Source: Octopus sinensis
Lineage: Eukaryota
Direction of reading: 5' to 3'
Length of the DNA: 18,048 nucleotides
Assembly: GCF_006345805.1 (NCBI RefSeq)
Contig: NW_021824643.1
Location: forward strand, 1-18,048
Position 1 is the stretch's first letter; the number at the start of each line of letters is the position of its first letter. Positions 6,470 to 15,484 of this stretch are shown here, piece after piece. A program made the translations under genes and the position numbers. The notes under the pieces were generated by a model. It was given only the letters and a program-made list of their open reading frames with translations, was not told where the DNA came from and did not search any database.

Positions 6470-7030
6470 GTTATAATCAAGATGATGAGATGGTGACGTT
6501 AATGACGATAATGATGACGATGGTGATGATGACGACGACGACGAGAATGATAATTGTGACGATGATGATAACAACGCCGCCGCTGTGGTGATCTCATTCT
6601 CGCCCACAACATCATAAGCGGGAAGTGTAACCTCTCGAAAGAGCTGTTCTTCACTCCTGCTCCAGAGCGTCGGCTGCGGGGTCATTCCCAAAAGCTCTAC
6701 CTGCGACGATTTCATCTCAATCGAAGGAGAGGAGCTTTCTCCGTCCGGGTTGCGGATCCGTGGAACAAGCTGCCAGACGAGATGGTGAAGATGCCGACGA
6801 CCGCTTTGTTCAAAGTCTCCCTTGACCTCAAGTGGCCCGAACTCTTTACATGAACACCACCCTGTACCTAACTCCATGTCCCCCTACATGGCCTTGCTAT
6901 TTGCTTTTGAGCCAAATTAACTAACTAACTAACAGCGATGAAAACAATAACTGATGATGACGACGAGAATGATAATTGTGACGATGATGATAACAGCGAT
7001 GAAAACAATAACAGTGATAATGCCGATGAC
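6470..7030. repeat. (GAT/GAC)n-rich low-complexity tract with a ~61-bp internal duplication, split by a CR1 insertion
   Basis: GACGACGAGAATGATAATTGTGACGATGATGATAACA occurs ending at 6573 and again ending at about 6995. TAACAGCGATGAAAACAATAAC occurs at 6930 and 6991. Confidence 0.8.
6575..6933 (+). mobile_element. 5'-truncated CR1-type LINE (ORF2 C-terminus, 3' UTR, (TAAC)n tail)
   Basis: Open frame 6575-6853 (absent from the ORF track): RRRCGDLILAHNIISGKCNLSKELFFTPAPERRLRGHSQKLYLRRFHLNRRRGAFSVRVADPWNKLPDEMVKMPTTALFKVSLDLKWPELFT*. This matches the CR1 pattern RGDLI...FF...RGH..KL...FS.RV...WN.LP...FK..LD..W. The 3' UTR has hairpin CCATGT/ACATGG (6874-6891) and ends TAACTAACTAACTAAC. Confidence 0.9.
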
Positions 7031-7560
7031 GATGATGATGATGATGATGCAACTTTTCACCTGGAATGCACCACTACCTGTAACTTTTGTTATTCTTACT
7101 CTTTCTCACGTCGCACAACGCAACTCAACGTTTATTTTTCATTTATCTTATTCACTTATCGTTTGCTTGATTGACTTTTTAGCCCACACAAACCACCTTT
7201 TTAGTCTTCTCATATTCTATTAGATTAGTCATACCTCACCGACTTATTACTGGTACCGAACAATTAGTCCGCACGCAGTACCTGCTTCTAGCAAACATGT
7301 AACTCGGTACAAACACATTTCATGGTCGGCTGGTTACCGAACAACTTCCTCCAAACTCACTCGCACAGACTTCACTGGATAAAAGTAGAATGAGGGCGCC
7401 CAGCCGGATTTAAAAAAACATGTCGACAAATACGGATGCATCGAATACAACTTAAATAGCCGTTTGGTAATTGTGGTTCATCTTCTAGAAGCAAAGATTA
7501 TTTTGATAAATCAAGAATTTGTATTATATGGTATTTAATACACCTGTATTTGTCTATGTT

Positions 7561-8269
7561 GTTCATATGGCCCCTGAGGGTCCATATAAGATTTTTTAGG
7601 GGCGGGGGGGTCCATACAACAACAAAATAATAAGCTGGAGATCCACAATGGTATTTTAAAGGCCCCTGAAAAAAATTTGCTTTAGATGTATGCATTAGTG
7701 GAAATGGAATGGAAGCATTCCGTCGGTTGCGACGATGAGGATTCCGGTTGATCCGAATCAACGGAACAGCCTGCTCGTGAAATTAACGTGTAAGTGGCTG
7801 AGCACTCCACAGACACGTGTACCCTTAACGTAGTTCTCGGGGATATTCAGCGTGACACAGAGAGTGACAAGGCCGGCCCTTTGAAATACAGGTACAACAG
7901 AAACAGGAAGTAAGAGTGAGAGAAAGTTGTGGTGAAAGAGTACAGCAGGGATCACCACCATCCCCTGCCGGAGCCTCGTGGAGCTTTGTGTGTTTTCGCT
8001 CAATAAACACTCACAACGCCCGGTCTGGGAATCGAAACCGCGATCCTATGACCGCGAGTCCGCTGCCCTAACCACTGGGCCATTGCGCCTCCACATGTAT
8101 GTATTAGTACGTATTGCAAGAGACAGGTTTAATGCGTGAAAAACAAAATAGGAATTTTGAAAAAAATTCTATAAAACTAGTTTTTAAACATCGAATGGCT
8201 TTGAGAGTCCACCGGAATAAAATAGTAATCAGGGGGGGTCCATAGATAAAAAATGGTTGAGAACCCCTG
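7561..8269. mobile_element. hAT-type non-autonomous DNA transposon (MITE), interrupted by a SINE
   Basis: The right end GGTTGAGAACCCCTG (8255-8269) is the reverse complement of CAGGGGTTCTCAACC, a typical hAT terminus. Subterminal GGTCCATA motifs occur at 7579, 7609 and 8237. The left TIR is not recognisable. Confidence 0.6.
7700..8094 (-). mobile_element. Full-length tRNA-derived SINE family 3 with 14-bp TSD
   Basis: Minus head GGAGGCGCAATGGCCCAGTGGTTAGGGCAGCGGACTCGCGGTCATAGGATCGCGGTTTCGATTCCC (A and B boxes, tRNA-Arg-like) and (TTCCA)-type tail. TSD ATGTATGCATTAGT (7686-7699) / ATGTATGTATTAGT (8095-8108). Confidence 0.92.
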
Positions 8270-8402
8270 ATATACACGTCTTATTTTCAGACAATAAATC
8301 TGTTCTTTTCTTTAAAGGCATATAAACTTTAGACAATTTTGGGATTTTGAGATTATCTCCCTTTTTCAAGTGGATCTCGCCTTAATTGCCATTTATTAAT
8401 TA

Positions 8403-8790
8403 CTAGCAGTATCGCCCGGCGTTGCTCGGGTTTGTAAGGGAAATAACTATATAAGCATTTTTAGAGAGTTATAGCAAAAAAATGCATTAAAAATGGAATA
8501 AAAAATGATGGTAAATTTTTTTTTAAATCGTTGACTCATCGTAGACATTTTTAGAGAGTTACTTCCCTTATATAATGGCGAAAAAATGCATTAAAATGGA
8601 AAAAAAGAATGGTAATTTTAAAAAAAAATCGTAGACTCGTCGTAGACGCGCACTAATACCCAGAAGGGCTCGATATGAATCACGACTATAAGATACCCGG
8701 TTTTGGTTAAACTGCACCACAAAATGTGGGAGTAGTTAGGAATCTAAATCGTAGGAGACAGACACACAACTTCACTTTTATATATAAAGA
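8403..8790 (-). mobile_element. Non-autonomous Helitron
   Basis: Minus strand starts A|TCTTTATATATAAAAGTGAAG and ends CCCGAGCAACGCCGGG (hairpin, 8415-8430) + 8 nt + CTAG|T. This gives the canonical 5'-TC, 3'-CTAG, subterminal hairpin and AT target with no TSD. Confidence 0.8.
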
Positions 8791-9174
8791 TGATACATCC
8801 TCTAGAGGCGGAGATAATTTTAATAAACGAAGAACTTATGTTGTGTGGTATTTAGTAGACTTGTATTGGTCTATATTGTTCAAATACATGCCACTGGTCA
8901 CTTTGAAAAATTTCCTTTAGATCATCTTTCGTTTAATTTATGCAAAGTTGCTAAGTCATGTGTCCCACACATTTATACAGAGCTGGGTCCCTAGACCCGA
9001 GAAACCCCAGGCAACTGATCAGTGAGCCCAAGCCTTAAGACGGCACTGTGTGACAAAGTTCGTTGAAAGCTATTCATATGGGGATACTACGAGCCTTTAA
9101 AAGGACCTTTCTTGCATCCGCGCCTTGATTAGTTTTCGCCGTTAAAAACGCGATTAGCAAAGAAAAACTCTATC

Positions 9175-9300
9175 AAGAGGACCCTAGAAGAAGGAAAAGT
9201 AAAACCGACGTCAGCAAGATTTGAAACCAGGAAAGTAAAGAAAGAAATGTGACTAAATATTATACTACGCAGCATATTTTCTCCGACGCTCCACCGATTC
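9175..9300 (-). mobile_element. Highly degenerate SINE family 1-related copy
   Basis: Reverse complement GAATCGGTGGAGCGTCGGAGAAAAT...TTTCAAATCTTGCTGACGTCGGTTTTACTTTTCCTTCTTCTAGGGTC loosely follows the head/B-box/body order of family 1. Confidence 0.45.
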
Positions 9301-9319
9301 GGCCAATAAAGACATTGAG

Positions 9320-9415
9320 TGTTGTTGTTACTGTTAGTGCTGCTGTTGTTGTTGTTGTTGTTTAGACCTAGGGTCGAAGGCGTTCCAGCCAGCCGTGATC
9401 ATCCCGCCTTCCAGA
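9320..9415 (-). mobile_element. Possible retroposon 3' tail with (AAC)n end
   Basis: Minus strand ...GGGATGATCACGGCTGGCTGGAACGCC...GGTCTAAACAACAACAACAAC looks like a LINE/SINE tail ending in a trinucleotide repeat. The assignment rests on architecture only. Confidence 0.35.
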
Positions 9416-9445
9416 GATACATTGTCGAATATAAGATGGGAAGCT

Positions 9446-9448
<3 letters not shown>

Positions 9449-9487
<39 letters not shown>

Positions 9488-9510
9488 GAGACAGACAGAC
9501 AGACTGACAC
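9449..9510. repeat. (GA)n/(GACA)n microsatellite
   Basis: Direct reading of the sequence. Confidence 0.95.
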
Positions 9511-9684
9511 AGAAAGAAGAAAAACCCCCCAGATATTTGACTGTTATTTTTGGAAAGTCAAACGCCCCCACGGAGGCTCCGTCCTTCCCCCAATTTCCGC
9601 CGCTGACTCGTTGCCTTTATTGTGCGAGAGAATCTATATCGATTTCTGGTCTTCTCTTTGTATACAACGCGATATTTGGTAAAG

Positions 9685-10040
9685 CACCGCCGCCGCCGCC
9701 GCCGCCACCACCACCGCCACCACCACCGCCACCACCAAAACCACTACCACCACCACCACCACCACCACCACCACCACAACCACCACCACCACAACCACCA
9801 CCACCAAAACCACCACCACCACCACCACCACCACAACCACCACCACCACCACCACAACCACCACCATCACCGCCACCACCACCACAACAACAACAACAAC
9901 AACCACCACCACCACCACCACCACCACCATCACCGCCACCACCACGACCACCACGACCACCACCACGACCACGACCATCACCTTCACCACCTTCACCACC
10001 ACAGCCACCACCACCGCCACCACCACCACCACCACCACCA
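9685..10040. repeat. ~355-bp (CCA)n trinucleotide tract with CCG/CAA/CGA variants
   Basis: Direct reading. Produces the poly-Pro, poly-His and poly-Val pseudo-ORFs. Confidence 0.95.
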
Positions 10041-10365
10041 TCCTCATTACTAATGGAGGATTCTTATTTTTCCCCAAGACTCTTTTCAAAGTGTTCTCGA
10101 TAAACTTCAAGAGATACTTGTTCAGTCTTCCTTCCTGCGCCAATTCATAAGGAACGGGTAAGGTCAGCACAAATGGTTCCGATTTGTTCGGATGCCTTAT
10201 TTAGGGAATAAACAAGGCGTGTAGGTGAGTGGGTGGGTGGGTGATGTAAGGAGGCAGCGGGCGACGAAGGGGAAGAGAGGCAGGTGATGTAGAATTAAAT
10301 ATAGCCCACATAAATACAAGTAGTAGTAGTAGTAGTTGTTGTTGTAGTATAAAAAGCTAGGCAGA

Positions 10366-10566
10366 CAAACCGATCAATCGATGGATAGATGAATACAGAC
10401 AGACAGACAGATAGACGAGAGAGAGAGAGAGGTAGATAAGTATAATAATAATAGAGAAATAGTGATAAGAGATAGATAGATTGACAGACAGACAGACAGA
10501 CAGACAGACAGATAGATAGATAGATAGATGGATGGATGGATGGATGGATGGATGGATGGATGGATG

Positions 10567-10600
<34 letters not shown>

Positions 10601-10755
10601 TGGACAAACAGACAGATAGACAGACAGACAGGCGGATATATGATAGATAGATAGATAGATAGATAGATGGATGGATGGATAGATAGAAAGATAGATAGAT
10701 AGATAGACAGACAGGCAGGCAGATGGATAGAGAGAGAGAGAGAGAGAGAGAGATG
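10366..10755. repeat. Compound (GATA)n/(GACA)n/(GATG)n/(GA)n microsatellite
   Basis: Direct reading of the sequence. Confidence 0.95.
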
Positions 10756-11070
10756 AGACAAGTAGTAAGAGTAGTAAGTATGATGGTGATGGTAGGAGGG
10801 GGGTGTTGCTTGATGTTGCGCATCCCTTTGTTTCCTTTCAACTGCTCCACCCATCCCGTCTACACCCACCTCCCAATCGTCCTGCCTCGAAATACTGGAA
10901 TTTTGCCAAAAACACAAGTCTTCAGATCACAAAGTGGTGCCTGTCGGTGGGAGGAGGAGGATGAGGGGTGATGGTCGCGGAATGTGTATGCAACAAAAGT
11001 TTTTGTTTTTTTTTCTCGTTTCTACTGTGGTAAGTCTGTTAAGCGAATCTGATTATGAAGAGAGATGGCA

Positions 11071-11191
11071 ATACATACATACATACACACATACACACAT
11101 ACATACATACATACATACATACATACATACATACATACATACATACGTACATACATACATACATACATGCATGCATACATACATACACACA

Positions 11192-11222
<31 letters not shown>

Positions 11223-11322
11223 CATACATACATACATACATACATACATACAACATACATACATACATACATGCATGCATACATACATACACACATACAT
11301 ACATACATACATACATACATAT

Positions 11323-11354
<32 letters not shown>

Positions 11355-11928
11355 CATACATACATACATACATACATACATACATGCATACATACATACA
11401 CACATACATACATACATACATACATACATATCATACATACATACACACATACATACACACACACATACATACACACACACATACATACACACATACATAC
11501 ATACATACATACATACATACATACATACATACATACACACATACATACATACATACACACATACATACATACACACACACATACATACACACATACATAC
11601 ACACACACACATACATACATACATACATACATACATACATACATACATACATACATACATACATACACACATACATACATACATACATACATACGTACAT
11701 ACATACACACATACATACATACATACACGCACACATACATACACACATACATACATACATACATACACACATACATACATACATACACACATACATACAT
11801 ACATACACACATACATACACACATACATACACACACACATACATACACACACACATACATACACACATACATACATACATACATACACACACACATACAT
11901 ACATACATACATACATACATACATACAT
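11071..11928. repeat. ~860-bp (TACA)n tetranucleotide array with CA insertions
   Basis: Direct reading. Source of the HTYI/MYVC pseudo-ORFs. Confidence 0.97.
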
Positions 11929-11964
11929 AACAAAAACTCACTGAACAAACAATAACAAAATAAA

Positions 11965-12035
11965 TTCAAGAAGAAGAAGAAAAAGAAGAAAGAAGAAGAA
12001 GAAAAAGAAGAAGAAGAAAAAGAAGAAGAAGAAGG
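11965..12035. repeat. (GAA)n purine tract
   Basis: Direct reading of the sequence. Confidence 0.9.
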
Positions 12036-12250
12036 TGAAAGAGAAAAAAAGCAATTCCCTTTCACAGCAGCAAAACTCAAGAACTCGCTGAAGTCAAAGA
12101 GTCTCCGAGGCATACATATACACAAGGTATGTGTGTATGTATGTGTATATATATACATATATATACACACACACATACATGCCGGATGTTTTCATATATT
12201 GGCCAATCATTGCAATACTACGGCATTACATACATACATGTGTACATGAG

Positions 12251-12304
<54 letters not shown>

Positions 12305-12328
12305 TGTATATATATGTATGTATGTATG

Positions 12329-12402
<74 letters not shown>

Positions 12403-12403
12403 T

Positions 12404-12475
<72 letters not shown>
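12251..12475. repeat. (TA)n/(TATG)n compound microsatellite
   Basis: Direct reading of the sequence. Confidence 0.95.
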
Positions 12476-12477
<2 letters not shown>

Positions 12478-12689
12478 GATTGCTATGATTGGCTACGATA
12501 TACACACAAAAGCTGACTCAGACAATAGAGAGAGAACGAGGGAGGGAGGGAGATGGGAGAAGTGGGAGGTGAGATAAAGAATCTGATGAAACCAAAAATT
12601 GCAAAGAAACCGAAGTAAGACTGAATGAAATACAGAGAACAATATCGTCTGCTCGGTCTACTATTACATGCCCAAAGAATTTCGTCAAT

Positions 12690-12760
12690 CATTATTATTA
12701 TTACTATTATTATTATTATTATTATTATTACTATTATTATTATTATTATTATTATTATTA
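12690..12760. repeat. (ATT)n microsatellite immediately upstream of SINE array B
   Basis: Direct reading of the sequence. Confidence 0.95.
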
Positions 12761-12761
12761 A

Positions 12762-14220
12762 GGCGGCGAGCTGGCAGAATCGTTAGCGCGCCGGGCGAAA
12801 TGCTTAGCGGTATGGTATTTCGTCGGCCGTTACGTTCTGAGTTCAAATTCCGCCGAGGTCGACTTTGCATTTCGTCCTTTCGGGGTCGATAAATGAAGTA
12901 CCAGTTACGCACTGGGGTCGATGTAATCGACTTAATACCTATGTCTGTCCTTGTTTGTCCCCTCTGTGTTTAGCCCCTTGTGGGTATAAAGAAATAGGTA
13001 TTTCGTCGGCCGTTACGTTTTCTGTTTCAAATTCCGCCGAGGTCGACTTTGCATTTCGTCCTTTCGGGGTCGATAAATGAAGTACCAGTTACGCACTGGG
13101 GTCGATGTAATCGACTTAATACCTATGTCTGTCCTTGTTTGTCCCTCTGTGTTTAGCCCCTTGTGGGTAATAAAGAAATAGGTATTTCGTCTGCTGCTAC
13201 GTTCTAAGTTCAAATTCCGCCGTGGTCGACTTTGCCTTTCATCCTTTCGGGGTCGATTAAATTAAGTACCAGTTACGCACTGGGGTCGATATAATCGACT
13301 TAATCCGTTCGTCTGTCCTTGTTTGTCCCCTCTATGTTTAGACCCTTGTGGGTAGTAAAGAAAATTATTATTATTATTAAGGCGGCGAGCTGGCAGATTC
13401 GTTAGCATGCCGGGCGAAAATTGCTTAGCGGTATTTTGTCGGCCGTTACGTTCTGAGTTCAAATTCCGCCGGGGGTCGACTTTGCCTTTCGTCCTTCGGG
13501 GTCGATAAATTAAGTACCAGTTACGCACTGGGGTCGATGTAATCGACTTAATACCTATGTCTGGTCCTTGTTTGTCCCCTCTGTCTTTAGCCCCTTGTGG
13601 GGGTAATAAGAAATAGGTATTTCGTCTGCTGATACGTTCTAAGTTCAAATCCGCCGTGGTCGACTTTGCCTTTCATCCTTTCGGGGTCGATTAAATAAGT
13701 ACCAGTTACGCACTGGGGTCGATGTAATCGACTTAATCCGTTTGTCTGTCCTTGTTTGTCCCCTCTGTGTTTAGCCCCTTGTGGGTAGTAAAGAAAATTA
13801 TTATTATTATTAAGGCGGCGAGCTGGCAGATTCGTTAGCATGCCGGGCGAAAAATGCTTAGCGGTATTTTGTCGGCCGTTACGTTCTGAGTTCAAATTCC
13901 ACCGGGGTCGACTTTGCCTTTCATCCTTTCGGGGTCGATTAAATAAGTACCAGTTACGCACTGGGGTCGATGTAATCGACTTAATCCCTTGTCTGTCCTT
14001 GTTTGTCCCCTGTGTTTAGCCCCTTGTGGGTTAGTAAAGAATTATATATTTCGTCCTTCTTCACGTTCATAGTTCAAATTCCACCAAGGTCAACTTTGCC
14101 TTTCATCTTTTCGGGGTCGATAAAATAAGTATCAGTTATGCACTGGGGTCAATGTAATCGACTCATCCCCCACCCCACCAAAATTGCTGCCCTTGTGGAA
14201 AAATTTGAAATCATTATTAT
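12762..14220 (+). repeat. Tandem array B: 7 units of SINE family 1 with higher-order structure
   Basis: Full-head units start at 12762, 13381 and 13814 (GGCGGCGAGCTGGCAGA). Head-truncated units start at 12997, 13181, 13616 and about 14047 ((GG)TATTTCGTC). The B-box GAGTTCAAATTCC, or a variant, occurs in each unit. Confidence 0.92.
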
Positions 14221-14410
14221 TATTACCTCTGCCTTAGCAAAGGCGAAAGTATTGTTTTCAGTCGTGTTTGTTTGTTTGTCCGTAGACAAGATATCTCAAG
14301 AACCATCCGCATGGATTCGGATGAAACTTTCAGGGATGTTTGGTCTCGTGACTGGCACGAACTGATTGGGATCTGTCCGGTACCGGACAAGGATGCTGGA
14401 TTATTTGTTA
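14221..14410 (+). mobile_element. Helentron-associated (HINE/DINE-1-like) non-autonomous element fragment
   Basis: Starts TATTACCTCTGCCTT-AGC-AAAGGCGAAAGTA (imperfect terminal inverted repeat), then a (GTTT)n/GTCC microsatellite, GGATTCGGATGAAACTTT and a 16-bp palindrome. The layout resembles the widespread TTATTACCTCCGCC...GTTTGTTTGTC elements; assignment from recall. No 3' end was identified. Confidence 0.5.
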
Positions 14411-14805
14411 TATTTAAGAGAGGTAAGGTAGATGGAAATGAAGTCCCGTATGAAGTCCCGCGAGTAGAATACAAATTCGCAAAAAATTTCTGAAAACTCC
14501 CCAAAATAAGAAAGTTATGAGAGGTTAGATATCGTACGTAATTCATTTGGTTACGGTTTCATATAAAAACAAAAAAAAACCACAAGTGTTATTTTCAGGA
14601 TGTTGACAAAATGTGCAATCATGCACAAATGACAGCTTCCAAATCTTGTTTCTTGACTGGATGAAAATGATTTAACTTTAAACCTCTATAACTTTTAAAA
14701 AAAATTTCTCCGAAAAAGTGAAATAACTGCAGTAATTCAGCTTAGAAAACTACATAATTGTACCAAATTTTAAAATTTTCAATAACCTTTGATTTTTGAA
14801 ATCTT

Positions 14806-14971
14806 GGCAGGAGGAGTGGCTGTGTGGTAAGTAGCTTGCTAACCAACCACATGGTTCCGGGTTCAGTCCCACTGCGTGGCATCTTGGGCAAGTGTCTTCT
14901 GCTATAGCCCCGGGCCGACCAATGCCTATGAGTGGGATTGGGTAGACGGAAACTGAAAGAAGCCTGTCGTA

Positions 14972-15027
<56 letters not shown>

Positions 15028-15240
15028 TTTGTGTGTCTATGTTTGTCCCCCTAGCATTGCTTGACAACCGATGCTGGTGTGTTTATGTCCCCGTCACTTA
15101 GCGGTTCGGCAAAAGGACCGATAGAATAAGTACTGGGCTTACAAAGAATAAGTCCCGGGGTCGATTTGCTCGACTATAGGCGGTGCTCCAGCATGGCCGC
15201 AGTCAAATGACTGAACATGTAAAAGGTAAAAGGTAAAAGG
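14806..15240 (+). mobile_element. Full-length tRNA-derived SINE family 2 with internal (TA)n
   Basis: A-box TGGCTGTGTGG, B-box GGTTCAGTCCC, CORE-like CTTGGGCAAGTG, (TA)n at about 14970-15023 and a (GTAAAAG)3 tail. Confidence 0.92.
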
Positions 15241-15484
15241 CAGGCAAACAGAAAAGATTCAACATAAACAATAATGAAACAGGGAGACATACACTGAAGC
15301 GCAAAAGAAACGCGAGACATGTTTGACTGTGAAATATGTTTTAATTTCATTATGTCAGAGATAAATTTTGGTAAATCTGATAAAGTCAATTTCTTGGATA
15401 CACTTTGACTATAGTCTTGGGTCGTTGACATGTGTTCTGGTAGTGGGCGGATCCAGCACATCGAGATTGTAGGGCGTGATATGT

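Noticed and set aside
6446-6877. 143-aa minus-strand ORF (MELGTGWCSC...)
   Set aside because: It is the antisense shadow of the plus-strand CR1 ORF2 remnant plus a (TCA/TCG)n poly-Ser run.
6938-7223. Asp-rich and Met-rich ORFs
   Set aside because: They derive from the (GAT)n low-complexity tract, with no splice or homology support.
8020-8094. SINE heads (also at 15511, 14806, 5580, 12762) as functional tRNA genes
   Set aside because: A and B boxes are present, but the cloverleaf is incomplete and each head continues into a SINE body with a tail and, in two cases, a TSD.
9537-10103. 188-aa poly-proline ORF as a formin FH1 or extensin-like gene, and the overlapping poly-His/poly-Val ORFs
   Set aside because: A pure trinucleotide tract is open in several frames by construction. 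There are no flanking domains or convincing splice sites, and third positions are not diversified as in real poly-Pro coding sequence.
10934-12577. Long ORFs up to 336 aa (HTYI/MYVC repeats)
   Set aside because: They are translations of (TACA)n and (TA)n arrays, which lack stop codons in most frames.
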